This document shows, in pieces, positions 28,496 through 39,088 of a stretch of DNA of 64,000 bases. Below the pieces are notes generated by a model. It was not told where the DNA came from. It ran no database searches and saw nothing but the letters and a program-made list of their open reading frames with translations. The position numbers were made by a program, and so were the translations under genes. The stretch's first letter is position 1, and each line of letters begins with the position of its first letter. Source of the stretch: a virus. The DNA is taken from positions 3,178 through 67,177 of the IMG/VR virus record IMGVR_UViG_3300046782_000297. One strand, given 5' to 3'.

Positions 28496-28633
28496 TCACT
28501 GAATTTGTTTTGAAAGCCACACGTCGAGGCACCATTTCGAACAGAAAAAAATCAGAGTGTCTCCAACTGTGACGCACCATCCGGGGCGTGGTTTTTTGCG
28601 TTTGATTTCTTCTTCACACTGCGAACAGTTCAT
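28496..28633 (-). CDS. 45-aa TRASH/MYM-type Zn-finger protein (not in the ORF track)
   Basis: MNCSQC...IFFCSKWC; AGGAG RBS. Confidence 0.55.
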   Translation of the reverse strand: MNCSQCEEEIKRKKPRPGWCVTVGDTLIFFCSKWCLDVWLSKQIQ

Positions 28634-28665
28634 TCACGGATCTCCTAATTGGATATTCGTCCCAC

Positions 28666-29727
28666 TTATGTGGGAGGCACGTAGGCCGTAATGAATCCAT
28701 TAACCACGGTGAGACTCCCATTAGTTCCAAAACCAGGGGTTATACTCTCTAAAACTACTGTTCCAGAGAATAAGACCGGAGGTAGGGCTACTCCGGAGTC
28801 CTTTATCTCCTCCCCTGTAACCCCTACTACAATATCGGTGGCGACAAACCCCCCACTAGTATCTATCGTCAAATTCCCATTGGAGTCTGGATAGGTGTAG
28901 GTCCTGTTGGCTGTATTGTTATGGACTAAGGTTCCTGTGAACAGTGTCCCGGAGAACCATATGAAATTGCCTACCAGTAAAGTTAGACCAGCAGCAGCCC
29001 AGTCTATAAACTCAGTGAGCACCCCAGCCAGTCTAATAGAGAACCTTCGTATTACATTGTTGGTAGCTGGACTGGACCACTCTGAGGAGTCTTGGTAGAC
29101 CACACGGGAGACTGCTCCACTGTCCTGTAGACTCTCTTGAGAGGACATTCCAAATCCAGTTGTTGCTGCCCCACTAGTAAGTCTCTCTTTTAGCCGGACA
29201 TTTTTGATGATGTTGGTGTCGGCATTCTTAAGCTGCTGAAGATAGCCCCCAGTAGTCACGAACTTGGACCCTATCCAAGTGTACTGAGTCTCCTTACCAG
29301 TATCGTTCTCAGTGAAGATGAATCCAAGGTCAGGAGTACCCAGGTCTCCTGGTATGCTAGCAATGGCTCCAACCATATCCCCAGCTACCCAGGTCCACAC
29401 TACTGGGCCGGTGAAGTCTGAGCCTATATAGAGACTGTCACGATCCTCTTCATAGAACAGACCCCCCAGAGCGGCTGGTGTGGTCAGCCGAATGGCATGA
29501 GTCCCAGTCTGAGCACTCCCCCCAAGATTGGTTACAGTGTTGGTTAGGGTCTGGGTGATAAGCTGCTTTATCTGCTGCTGAGTAATCATCTGGGAGGCAG
29601 TTGGTAGGGATGCTACCTGCCGTCTCAGCGCAAACAGATTATCAAATACCATCTTCAACGCCGCATGGTCTGGGTTGGACTCTATGAGGTGCTGGGGATA
29701 TTGCAGTCCTGGGTCTGGTCTGCTCAT
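28666..29727 (-). CDS. Tail needle/fibre-like protein
   Basis: N-terminal coiled coil, TANRTYTYPD motif and C-terminal GSLTVVNGFIT; follows the nozzle-like gene. Confidence 0.55.
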   Translation of the reverse strand: MSRPDPGLQYPQHLIESNPDHAALKMVFDNLFALRRQVASLPTASQMITQQQIKQLITQTLTNTVTNLGGSAQTGTHAIRLTTPAALGGLFYEEDRDSLYIGSDFTGPVVWTWVAGDMVGAIASIPGDLGTPDLGFIFTENDTGKETQYTWIGSKFVTTGGYLQQLKNADTNIIKNVRLKERLTSGAATTGFGMSSQESLQDSGAVSRVVYQDSSEWSSPATNNVIRRFSIRLAGVLTEFIDWAAAGLTLLVGNFIWFSGTLFTGTLVHNNTANRTYTYPDSNGNLTIDTSGGFVATDIVVGVTGEEIKDSGVALPPVLFSGTVVLESITPGFGTNGSLTVVNGFITAYVPPT

Positions 29728-32700
29728 GACCTGATTCCTACTGGTGCCTCAATATCGTGGGCAAGCTGATAGGGACCTTGCCTGCCCCACTCACCTACAT
29801 ATAGGTCAGACTCACTCAGATAGGGTGCCCATTCCTCACTGGACACTCCCGTGAAGAAGTAGAGCATGGCCTTATTGAAGGTGAACGGGAACATTGTCTT
29901 TTTTAATAATCCTCCAGTTGATGGTAGTACCAATGGCAGGGGGGCTGTTCCATCCTGCACCGTAATAGTTATGGTTACTGGGGCTGTGGCTCTATAGGCA
30001 AAGTTCCATTGTCTCAGATGACCATAGCTGGCCCACCCAAATGAGGTGCCCTGAGTCTTCCATTGGGTTACTGAAACTGGCACCCCCTGATACATGGGCT
30101 GCCAAGCAAAGATGGTAGTAGGTCCATCAATTAAATCGAAGTGGTCCGACCAGTTAAAGGTAACCCCCATGTACTTCAGTTCCATACCTATTGGGGCATT
30201 GGTCTGGATTCTATTTGTGCTGACTGGAACTATGTGGCTACCTACTGAGACCCCACCGACTACTGGGACCACATTCACACTAGACCTAGGGGTTAGGTCA
30301 AGGAAGGCATCATTAAACAACTGATCCTCCCGAATATCCCCACCATTGTATTCGAATGTGCCGTAGACCCCAATGATGGGGGCAGAATTATCATTGTGGT
30401 TGGCAACCTCAGTGTAAACTTTACCCGCCGTATCCGTCAGCACCATCATGGCATACCTAGTGGAGGCTGTAAGTACAGTGCCTTCCGGCTGTTCTACCGT
30501 ATAATGCCTGATGATTAGGTCAGCATAGTTGTCCACAATCCAGGCAGGGTTAGCCATGTCCCTCAGGTCACAGACTAAGGTTCTGGCCACTCCATTGCTG
30601 TCCCGATAGTCAAAGAACAGGTAAGAGTTACAGTAGGCTAGCCGGAAATCCCCAGCATATTTATAGTCCGGGGCAGCTACCTCACGACTATTGTATATGT
30701 AATCTACTGGGGTATTGATTCCCTCATGGGGGAATAGGGGATACAAGTCTGTATCGGTCAGGGATACTCCAATCCCCCCGGATGTCATCCAGATCCCATC
30801 CTTGGCCACAAAGTAGATGATCTTTCCATCTGTACAGTGGGCGTAGGGTGCTGCAAGCCCCCTGCTTACTGGGGCCTCAACCGGCTGGTAGCGGGTAGCT
30901 ACTGAACCAAAATTGGGGTATAGCTTCCACCATCTGCTAGAGGAGGCTACCAGAGCGATGCCGTTGATAACTTCTCCACCCAGTAAAGGCTCAGAAGGCT
31001 GAGTGATCTCCTGATTATAGCTATCTGGGGCTGAGTCCGGCTGATTTAACTTGGAGAAGTAAAAGTTCCCTGGCCGGAACGGATCTCCCGTACCAAATAC
31101 CGTACCCTCAGCATCAGGCCCCCACAGATAGGGCAGGTGCTGATTGGCAACCTTCGGCTCCAATACGGACAAGGTTGTAGGCGTGGCAGTCCCAGCATTC
31201 TCAACAAGTTGGAACAGATAAGCATAGTAGTTGGCTGCCGGGGGTGCCGCTAGTGTCTGGGCTGTTGGCCTAGTCCAGAACGTGTAGGCTGTCTGGGAAC
31301 CTACAGTAACCAGAGTGCCGGGTAGCCACCTCAATATAGTAGCTGGAGCGGGATTGGTAAACGGGGCTGCCGCAGACCAGATAACCAGGATAGTTGTGCC
31401 AGTCACCCTGATGGTAGTGGTGATTCCATTGACAGTCCCAGCCGTGATGTTGAAAGGCACATCAATAGTTGGCCAAGGCTCAAAGTTGTCATATTCCAGT
31501 AGATCCCCAGCCGCAGCAGCCGTATCAAAGTAGTTGTCTACAAATGAGTCCGTCCCCCCAGTCTTACGGGTTGACCCAACATACCGCCAAGAGGTAATGG
31601 TGCCACCAAACCTGAATATGTCCCAGGTGTCCATTTGGGCATCCCCAGTAGTATCAGTCATAAAAAGGATATTAGGCTGCCTTCTGGGACTGACATTGTA
31701 TCTGGTAGCTGGGGATGGATTGGACTTAACCCCAGTAACTGAGCTTCTACCACGGGTGATATAGAACAGGGGGGTATTGGCCCCCACATCTGGATGACCA
31801 CCCCCACCTACGAACAGCCCACCAAAAGCAATGGTAACCACGTCAGTAGTCTGCACCTCAATACGGATACCATTGCAATCGGATAGGGTCCGGTTGAGGT
31901 TATTGCCTGCTCGTATTAGCTGCCTAGTAGGAACAAAGAGCGTAGTCCACTGATTGGATGGCAACGGCACAGTGGTAGTTACTACTACTGGATTCGGCTG
32001 GACATTACCCTGAAAGGACAAGTCTGTATTATTGGCGGCTGGATTATCCACAACCTGAGTAACCTGGGTTGCCGCTGGGGGGTGGAATACCAAATCGTTT
32101 ACAGTGAACTGGATGTAGAAGTAGTTATCTGTATAGTTTACAGTCTGGTCAACATTGAACTTTATAGTCCCGATGACCAATTTGGACAGATCACTAATGT
32201 TGATGCCAATACCAATGTAATCATCCTGTTGGGCTATCTCATTGGTGGGATTCATCAACTGCTCGAATGGGTTGGTGCCCAGAGCTTGGGCGTAGTTAGC
32301 CGTGCCAGTTCCACTTGTTGTGCTGGATACGCTGGCAGACTGGATAGTATCCCCAGCCGTGACAAGGTTGGCCCCTGTCACTACAATAGCCCCAATACCT
32401 GAGATTACGTCTCCAGCCACGAAAGCATTAGCGGTGCTAACTTCAAAACAGATGGTTCCGTCCGGCCCTGTAGTGGTGGACAGCACAAAGCACTTCTCAG
32501 TAGTAGCCCCATGAGCCAACTTGACTAGGGCCGACCGGCGCAAAGAGGCTATAACTGAATCTGTATAGATGGAGGCTGCCTGAGGGTTGCCTGCCTGAAA
32601 TGTTGGTGATGTGGCATTGGACGGGAATTGGGTAGCCGCGATAACACAGCGCCCAGTAGTCCCAGCATAGTAGAAGATGGAAGCGATAACAAGATTGGTA

Positions 32701-33446
32701 TTCCCGTTGATCGGGGGTAACACATCCTGCACCACCGTGATGATATTGTCCCCTCCTTTATCAAGCTCGATAACCATGCCAAGCTGGAACTCATCAGTGT
32801 TAGCCACCTCTAGGCTATACCGCTTATCTACTCCTGAGGCTGGGTCTGCGAAAATGGACCCAATGTTAGATACTGGTAGTCTAAATGTATCTGAGGTGGC
32901 TCCTCCAGTTCCTCCAGGTGTCCAAGCTGCTGCATTTCCAGTAAACTCATAAACAGCAAAGGATTCGGGGCAAGCACTAGGAGGATTCTGCTGTTCCTCC
33001 AGTCCCACATTAGACATAGTTACTGCATTCAGGCTGTCGGGCACAGAGAACTTCTGGTAATCATTCTGGGTCCCTATGTACATATAGGGATTGGGTGACT
33101 GGTTGGGGCGGAACGGAATCATCCAGGCCCCCAGAGAAGTTCCAGCTAGAGTCCCAACCAAAGTCCCATTGTCCAGATAAATCTGGTTATTGGCATTGCG
33201 GGCCAGGAATCTGGGCATACTGTCTGTAGCCAAAGCTGCATAGGCTCTGATGTCCGTAATAGCTGCATTGGTTGTGGCAAACAGCAAATCATATCCCGGA
33301 CGAGTGGCCACAGTCTGAATATCATAAGATCGAATGTTCTGAGAGTAGGGAGACTTAGTAGCCTCAATAGAATCAGCCGGGGCATTGATTTTAATGCCCT
33401 GAAAGTGTGCTCTCCAGCCTCCCTCCGGCCTTTGGAATCCTGCCAT
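29724..33446 (-). CDS. Tail nozzle / DNA stabilisation protein (P22 gp10 or T7 gp12 analogue) with large insertions
   Basis: 1240 aa; FQGI...QNIR...TRPG start, beta-propeller-like YFSK..QPDS and IYFVAKDGIW; gene order. Confidence 0.6.
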   Translation of the reverse strand: MAGFQRPEGGWRAHFQGIKINAPADSIEATKSPYSQNIRSYDIQTVATRPGYDLLFATTNAAITDIRAYAALATDSMPRFLARNANNQIYLDNGTLVGTLAGTSLGAWMIPFRPNQSPNPYMYIGTQNDYQKFSVPDSLNAVTMSNVGLEEQQNPPSACPESFAVYEFTGNAAAWTPGGTGGATSDTFRLPVSNIGSIFADPASGVDKRYSLEVANTDEFQLGMVIELDKGGDNIITVVQDVLPPINGNTNLVIASIFYYAGTTGRCVIAATQFPSNATSPTFQAGNPQAASIYTDSVIASLRRSALVKLAHGATTEKCFVLSTTTGPDGTICFEVSTANAFVAGDVISGIGAIVVTGANLVTAGDTIQSASVSSTTSGTGTANYAQALGTNPFEQLMNPTNEIAQQDDYIGIGINISDLSKLVIGTIKFNVDQTVNYTDNYFYIQFTVNDLVFHPPAATQVTQVVDNPAANNTDLSFQGNVQPNPVVVTTTVPLPSNQWTTLFVPTRQLIRAGNNLNRTLSDCNGIRIEVQTTDVVTIAFGGLFVGGGGHPDVGANTPLFYITRGRSSVTGVKSNPSPATRYNVSPRRQPNILFMTDTTGDAQMDTWDIFRFGGTITSWRYVGSTRKTGGTDSFVDNYFDTAAAAGDLLEYDNFEPWPTIDVPFNITAGTVNGITTTIRVTGTTILVIWSAAAPFTNPAPATILRWLPGTLVTVGSQTAYTFWTRPTAQTLAAPPAANYYAYLFQLVENAGTATPTTLSVLEPKVANQHLPYLWGPDAEGTVFGTGDPFRPGNFYFSKLNQPDSAPDSYNQEITQPSEPLLGGEVINGIALVASSSRWWKLYPNFGSVATRYQPVEAPVSRGLAAPYAHCTDGKIIYFVAKDGIWMTSGGIGVSLTDTDLYPLFPHEGINTPVDYIYNSREVAAPDYKYAGDFRLAYCNSYLFFDYRDSNGVARTLVCDLRDMANPAWIVDNYADLIIRHYTVEQPEGTVLTASTRYAMMVLTDTAGKVYTEVANHNDNSAPIIGVYGTFEYNGGDIREDQLFNDAFLDLTPRSSVNVVPVVGGVSVGSHIVPVSTNRIQTNAPIGMELKYMGVTFNWSDHFDLIDGPTTIFAWQPMYQGVPVSVTQWKTQGTSFGWASYGHLRQWNFAYRATAPVTITITVQDGTAPLPLVLPSTGGLLKKTMFPFTFNKAMLYFFTGVSSEEWAPYLSESDLYVGEWGRQGPYQLAHDIEAPVGIRS

Positions 33447-34798
33447 TACTGCTCATCCTCTGGTGTAAAGTTTACATCGTCATATACTGGATTAGCCTCA
33501 GCCTGTAGCTGACTAAGCTCATAGGTGGGTTTAGTGAACTCCCCTAACTCATTGAGCTTATGGTTGTAGACTAATGCCTGTTTGTGGAACCTCTGGACTA
33601 GAGGGATAGTGCTGATAAACTCAGTCCCGCCCATCTTTAATGCCGCCATATGCTGGGCATAGTCCAGGATGGCTTCTAGGTCATCCTTACTAACCTGAAC
33701 AAAGTCCCCATCATTAACTGGGACTGGGGCATTCTCCACCACCATCATGGTCACGGCATAAACTGCATCAGGTCTAGGGCCTATAGCAATTAGATTCAGG
33801 CCAGCCACTCCCAGCATGTCGGGTGACCCTACTGGTTCTGCCTGCCAGCCCACCCGGTAATCATCATAGTTTTGGATTGCATCAATATCCAAAGGCAGGT
33901 TATTGATACGGGCATAGAGGATAGCTGGAGAATTCATCAGTATGGCTAGCCCCTGCCTATACCTCATCTCGCAGTACTGTGCCCTGATCGGGTCCTTAGC
34001 ATTGCTCTCCCGGCTAAATAGGTCAGCCAAGGCACCCCACTTAATAACCCATGCGAAGTCATCCGGCACACCCAGCAGTGTGGAATTCTGGTCAGTCAGG
34101 GCTGGGCCAGCATCCACGGTGAGCACATCATATTGCCCAGGTACAGCGGGCTGAGTATCCACATCAAAACTTAATGGAGGCTCAGAGGACTGCCGGTAAG
34201 ACGTAGGTTCACCAGGATCATTGGTTGTGTAGTTGGTGTCAAAAGCCTGCAATGCCCATTGGTCATCGGCCAGCAATGGGCTGGCTGTGAAACCTGATGG
34301 AGTAGTGACCGGCAACCACGCCACCCTCCTAATGTCAATCACTGAATCCGGCAGAATAGTCCGACCTGGATTGGCGGGCACATTGCGCTGAGTGATCGTA
34401 CAGCCAGTTATAGAAAGTACTTCGTCACGTCTCCTCTGGATGGCATTGAGAATGTCGGCAATACTGAACTGGGCTGAACCTGTCCATGCCAATGGATATA
34501 CTGAGGTGACTGGCTCTAATAGATGATACTGGATCATCTGAATAAGGTCATTGTCGGTAAGTGTGTATGCCCTCAGAGTGTTGGCAAGAGCCGGGATGTT
34601 GTACCAGAATTGGCTATTGTCTGTCTGGAATATAAACTCAGACTTCCAGAAGGAAGTCAGTCCATTCCAAGTCCTAAGTGCCTCCACAATGTAGGCATTC
34701 TTTTCAGCATTAGACCAGAAAGAATTAGCTGTTGTATCAAATAGCCGCTCAGAGAGTTGGGTGCGGATCTGACCTAAGTTAGAATAGGTATAGGGCAT
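33446..34798 (-). CDS. Head-tail adaptor-like protein
   Basis: LGQIRTQLSERL..FWSNAE..YIVEAL, PRPDAVY and AILDYA patterns typical of adaptor proteins. Confidence 0.55.
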   Translation of the reverse strand: MPYTYSNLGQIRTQLSERLFDTTANSFWSNAEKNAYIVEALRTWNGLTSFWKSEFIFQTDNSQFWYNIPALANTLRAYTLTDNDLIQMIQYHLLEPVTSVYPLAWTGSAQFSIADILNAIQRRRDEVLSITGCTITQRNVPANPGRTILPDSVIDIRRVAWLPVTTPSGFTASPLLADDQWALQAFDTNYTTNDPGEPTSYRQSSEPPLSFDVDTQPAVPGQYDVLTVDAGPALTDQNSTLLGVPDDFAWVIKWGALADLFSRESNAKDPIRAQYCEMRYRQGLAILMNSPAILYARINNLPLDIDAIQNYDDYRVGWQAEPVGSPDMLGVAGLNLIAIGPRPDAVYAVTMMVVENAPVPVNDGDFVQVSKDDLEAILDYAQHMAALKMGGTEFISTIPLVQRFHKQALVYNHKLNELGEFTKPTYELSQLQAEANPVYDDVNFTPEDEQ

Positions 34799-36955
34799 TT
34801 AGTTCCACTTCTTCCGCACTTTGATAAATAGCGTTAACGACCCAAGGTCTACCGGAAAAATCGTGGTGTTTGTGAGCAACACAACAACTGTGTCCAGCGC
34901 GGCGTAGGCATAGAAGATCAGCCCATCCGACTGAAGATTGGTAGCTAGCTCAACGAAATCACCTACCGCAGACCCTGTTACAGATATCGTTGTTTTAACG
35001 CTGTTCCCGGCCATCCCAACGGCGGGTACGCTTGGCGGGTCCCATGTCGCTTCAACATATAGCGGGATGAACACTGGATCTGGGACATTCGAGATGTAGT
35101 TGTCGCCCCACGACTGGTCATATACATCGACACTGAACGGGGCGTAGTCCAGTCTATTGTTATCAATGGTGTTGCCAGATGAACTGACCTTAATCCCAAT
35201 CTTTCCATTCCCGGTGTTGTAAAAATCGGCAACCGAGTTCCCTGTGATGACGTTGTTTGCTCCAGTCTTGATGCCGCCGACCGTGGTAACTGGGCCATTA
35301 TTATTGTTCAGCGTGTTATTGCTTATCAGGTGAAAAAACCCAAGACCTCCATCAATCCAAAATCCCGATGCGACCGTTGCTGAATTCCAGGCATTTCCCT
35401 GGCAGATGTTTGAAGTGCTGCCACTGCCGCCCATATAGATCTGGCCAGAGAAGTAGCCGACGTTCCCACTGAATACGCAGCCGCCGGAGTTCATGAAGTC
35501 AATTTCGCGGCCCGTGCGTGTTGTGCCAAAGGTGTTATTGCTGATGATATTCACTCCACCGTTGACGACGATGCTCGTTGTGCTGAAGGCTCCGGTCTGG
35601 AAACAGCTACTGCAAATCGAGTTATTTCGACCGTCGATCTGAATGACTGTGCCAGTATTGCGATTAAATTGGCACCCCCAGACATTGACATAATCTCCCT
35701 TGAGGTAGATGAACAACTGGTTACTGTCCGGCTCCGTGATCGTCTCCGCCTCAAATCTGATATCTGATATGTTATTCGTGCTTACACCTGTCAACTCCGC
35801 CTGAATATAAGGAGCAAGGTGGTTGACTTCCATCCGTCCACCGTGGATTCCAATTGACTCACATGCACCATTACCTCCGGTCGGATTCAGCCAGAGCGCA
35901 GGTTTCCCAACATCCCCACATTCGGTTATCACAAAGTCTGTGATCTGCGACTTCACCACAAAGTCGCAATTAATCGCGCACCCTTTAATGAAATGGAAAT
36001 TACAGTTGCTGACGGTAGACTCCGTGAAGTCATGAAGATCCAGTGCTGCCGTACAGGTGTAGAATCGGTTCAGGACATCCATAAAGCACAGGCCTTGAAC
36101 CTTTCCACCGTTAGTCCCTCGATCAGGCAAGTATATTGGCTGGGCTTGAAAGCGGAATATAGGACCAGAGATATCTGCTCCAAGAACAATAGCAGGACCA
36201 TCCGTAGTGAACGTGTCTCCGGCCATCTCCGATAGTAGAGTGATCGGCTTCAACGAGGACCATACCACCGTATCTTTCACAAGATATTTTTCATTATGTG
36301 ACGATGGGAAGAATACCGTTCCACCATTTGCTACAACAGCCGCCGCGACAGCCTTCAGAGCAGGAGTCGCGTCCGTAATCCCGTCCGTTGGGGTAAAGAA
36401 CGGAGCAGCGGTCACATCGAGCCAGAGAGGGGTTGGGTCGAATGCCCGCAAATCTCCAATGGTAAACGGTGAGGCAATACCCAATCCAGAAAAGTTCACA
36501 TCGTAGTTGCCATTCGGGACATAGAAGAACCATGTACCGTCAACGGATGCCGTGAAAGGATTCGCTTTCGGCGTTCCGACATCATCGGAATAGAGCGTTG
36601 CCAACCCGAGGGAGGTAGCTGTACCCCCACCAGATGCAGTATCACCCCCAAACTGAGCAAAAGTGAATGTAGTTGGTGCAACAGAGGTTATAATGAAAGT
36701 GCCATCAAAGGAGGAGTCTGTGACCCCTGTAATATTTACACTCTGGCCCTGAGCAAACCCGTACCCGGCAGGCATAGTTACCGTAACAATGTTGCCATTC
36801 CTAACTATATTGCTGATATTCAGGGAAATTGGGGTATGGATATACACGGTCACAGTAGCTAATGGGAAAGACCCCTGCACCTTAGTGGTGGAAGAGAGTC
36901 CTCCCAGAGCTACAATTGTGTTACCTTTTTCAACCCAGCCTTGTGCTTTCTGCAT
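34799..36955 (-). CDS. Tail spike, pectate-lyase-like beta-helix, no signal peptide
   Basis: LYSD....ANPFTA..DG.W.FY attachment domain, DGITDATPAL...GGTVFFP, Asn-ladder repeats. Confidence 0.8.
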   Translation of the reverse strand: MQKAQGWVEKGNTIVALGGLSSTTKVQGSFPLATVTVYIHTPISLNISNIVRNGNIVTVTMPAGYGFAQGQSVNITGVTDSSFDGTFIITSVAPTTFTFAQFGGDTASGGGTATSLGLATLYSDDVGTPKANPFTASVDGTWFFYVPNGNYDVNFSGLGIASPFTIGDLRAFDPTPLWLDVTAAPFFTPTDGITDATPALKAVAAAVVANGGTVFFPSSHNEKYLVKDTVVWSSLKPITLLSEMAGDTFTTDGPAIVLGADISGPIFRFQAQPIYLPDRGTNGGKVQGLCFMDVLNRFYTCTAALDLHDFTESTVSNCNFHFIKGCAINCDFVVKSQITDFVITECGDVGKPALWLNPTGGNGACESIGIHGGRMEVNHLAPYIQAELTGVSTNNISDIRFEAETITEPDSNQLFIYLKGDYVNVWGCQFNRNTGTVIQIDGRNNSICSSCFQTGAFSTTSIVVNGGVNIISNNTFGTTRTGREIDFMNSGGCVFSGNVGYFSGQIYMGGSGSTSNICQGNAWNSATVASGFWIDGGLGFFHLISNNTLNNNNGPVTTVGGIKTGANNVITGNSVADFYNTGNGKIGIKVSSSGNTIDNNRLDYAPFSVDVYDQSWGDNYISNVPDPVFIPLYVEATWDPPSVPAVGMAGNSVKTTISVTGSAVGDFVELATNLQSDGLIFYAYAALDTVVVLLTNTTIFPVDLGSLTLFIKVRKKWN

Positions 36956-36958
36956 ATA

Positions 36959-39088
36959 TTAACAGGTTGTCGATGTGAGCAGCCCAAGTGTGAAGGTCAT
37001 AGTGCAGGTCCCACTACCCGCCGCATTCCTGACTGTCACTACGGCTGATACTGCATTAGAGCCATCTAGTAAGGCCAACCACCCAGTATTCGTTCCATTA
37101 CCAGTCGCTTTTCCCCAGATTGTAGTATTAGCCCCACCACTCTCATTCAAATACACATCCCCAACATTGCCGGTGACAACCCCGTTTGGGTTCCCAGCCC
37201 CTCTGACAATTTGGCTTCCATTAGCTCCTCCCATCCTGATAACCGAGGGGTTAAATACAGCATCCTTGTTGGGGTCCTCCCCTAAGGTGACCCTTCCGCT
37301 GGAATCTATCTTGACCATTCCTTTCGGATTAGTCCCATCATTAGCTGCTAGCCACTTCTCATTAGCAATCACAAGAGGATTACCATTCGTGGTACGGTCG
37401 CCAGCCAGAGATAGGGTTCCGCCAGTATAGGCATTTTGGGCATCCCCATCAATTTCAACATGGTCATTAGTATTGCTGATACGGATAATCTTCTTCTCTA
37501 CCCCAGATGCAATGGTGGATGCCAAGGCATTGTTGTCAACCAAGGCAATGGAGTTGACGGGGTTTGCAACCCCTAGACCTAACCGGGGAACCTGGGTATT
37601 AGATGCTGTTGCATCATTGTAATCCCAGTCGATAAAAACAGACCCCCCAGTTACAATTGTAGCCCCGGCATTAATGTCAAAGAAATTACCAGAGGCTTTA
37701 ATACTGACGGAGGTATCAACGTTTAACGCTACCCCAGTACGAGAATACAAGTTGTCTAGGAGCTTTACACCACCAATGGAATTTCTGAAGTAATACCCAT
37801 TCTGATTAACCGAAGCCGCCGCATAGCAATTCCGAACTGTGGTATTGAACGTTGATATGTTCCCTGGAGACCAGAAAATAGTATATCCAGCCGCATTGGT
37901 GGACTGCTCCGTCCGGCAATTGTTAATCGAGTTGTTGTAGCTAGTAACCAATTCCCCAGAACTTAAATAATAGAACCCGTAGGTTCCACCAACCCATGCC
38001 TGATAGCCGTCCCATGTATTGTTGGTCAGCCATACCCCGGAATCAACTATCCAAATGGGATTTATACTGACAGCACTACCGTTAATGCAATTGCAGGCAT
38101 ATATGTTATAGAAGTGGGAGTGATCCATCTGAACAATGTTGCTATTCGGATCGGCCACAATATGGAATGGCTTATCAGCGAAGTCTGTAATGTCATGAAC
38201 ATCAAATGTCTGTCTCCCCCCAAGTTGCATCCCAGTGCTGGCATTAGTGGTATCATGCCAATTTGATATAGCAACATGGGAGATTACTAACTCCTCGGCA
38301 TCCACAACATTGATGGCAGTTTTAACTCTGGAGGTATTCACAATGGCATCCAGAGTGAGTCCCGTTATTTGACCATAGCCTATGGTCACGGATGAGAGAG
38401 CTTTCCATAATATGAGGTTGGCTGTACCGGAAGGATTGAATTCCAATACAGTTACTGCTTCCCCCAACCCCACAATGGTTGTACCACTAAATGCCACCCT
38501 CTGCTCTACTGTAGTGGTGAAGACAGCGGCACCCAGCAGCAGATTGACCGGCCCATTTGCACTAGCAAATATGTTCTGGGTGATGTTCTGATTACCACGA
38601 AAATTACGGGCATCAGCAGTTCCACCCGTACTGGGCAGAGCGGCTATGCAGGAAGCTATCTTAGCCCCTGCATTGGCCCCAATATATCGAGGAGTGGAAC
38701 AGTCAAATACTGGCCCCGTAGATGGATCATATATGGTGACACTGGGAAGAGTGATAGGGGATGGAATCCCAGCCCCAGACCTAACTATGTCGTATTGACC
38801 ATTGTTGGTAAAGAACGTCCAAGAACCATTGAGGTTTGCCGTAAATGGGTTACTCAGAGGAGTTGGCACAGTCCCATTGTCGGAGTAGATAGTTGCCAGA
38901 GTAACAGTTCCAGCACCATAGACTGTAATGACACACTGGGGGAAACTCCGCTGGACATTAGTGGAACTATTCAGCCCACCGGAAACTACCTTCTGGTTGC
39001 CAGTTTCGCAGAACCCATTGGCTGCCCCCAGGGAGTAGCCCATGCAGGGGAAGAGTAGGAAGAGTAGAAGTGTAAACTTTACACGCAT
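36959..39088 (-). CDS. Tail spike-like beta-helix protein with N-terminal signal peptide; paralog of 34799..36955
   Basis: MRVKFTLLLFLLFPCMGYS then the same IYSD..SNPFTA..NGSW.FF domain; GAKIASCIAALPSTGGT; GAGNPNGVVTGNVGDVY. Confidence 0.75.
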   Translation of the reverse strand: MRVKFTLLLFLLFPCMGYSLGAANGFCETGNQKVVSGGLNSSTNVQRSFPQCVITVYGAGTVTLATIYSDNGTVPTPLSNPFTANLNGSWTFFTNNGQYDIVRSGAGIPSPITLPSVTIYDPSTGPVFDCSTPRYIGANAGAKIASCIAALPSTGGTADARNFRGNQNITQNIFASANGPVNLLLGAAVFTTTVEQRVAFSGTTIVGLGEAVTVLEFNPSGTANLILWKALSSVTIGYGQITGLTLDAIVNTSRVKTAINVVDAEELVISHVAISNWHDTTNASTGMQLGGRQTFDVHDITDFADKPFHIVADPNSNIVQMDHSHFYNIYACNCINGSAVSINPIWIVDSGVWLTNNTWDGYQAWVGGTYGFYYLSSGELVTSYNNSINNCRTEQSTNAAGYTIFWSPGNISTFNTTVRNCYAAASVNQNGYYFRNSIGGVKLLDNLYSRTGVALNVDTSVSIKASGNFFDINAGATIVTGGSVFIDWDYNDATASNTQVPRLGLGVANPVNSIALVDNNALASTIASGVEKKIIRISNTNDHVEIDGDAQNAYTGGTLSLAGDRTTNGNPLVIANEKWLAANDGTNPKGMVKIDSSGRVTLGEDPNKDAVFNPSVIRMGGANGSQIVRGAGNPNGVVTGNVGDVYLNESGGANTTIWGKATGNGTNTGWLALLDGSNAVSAVVTVRNAAGSGTCTMTFTLGLLTSTTC

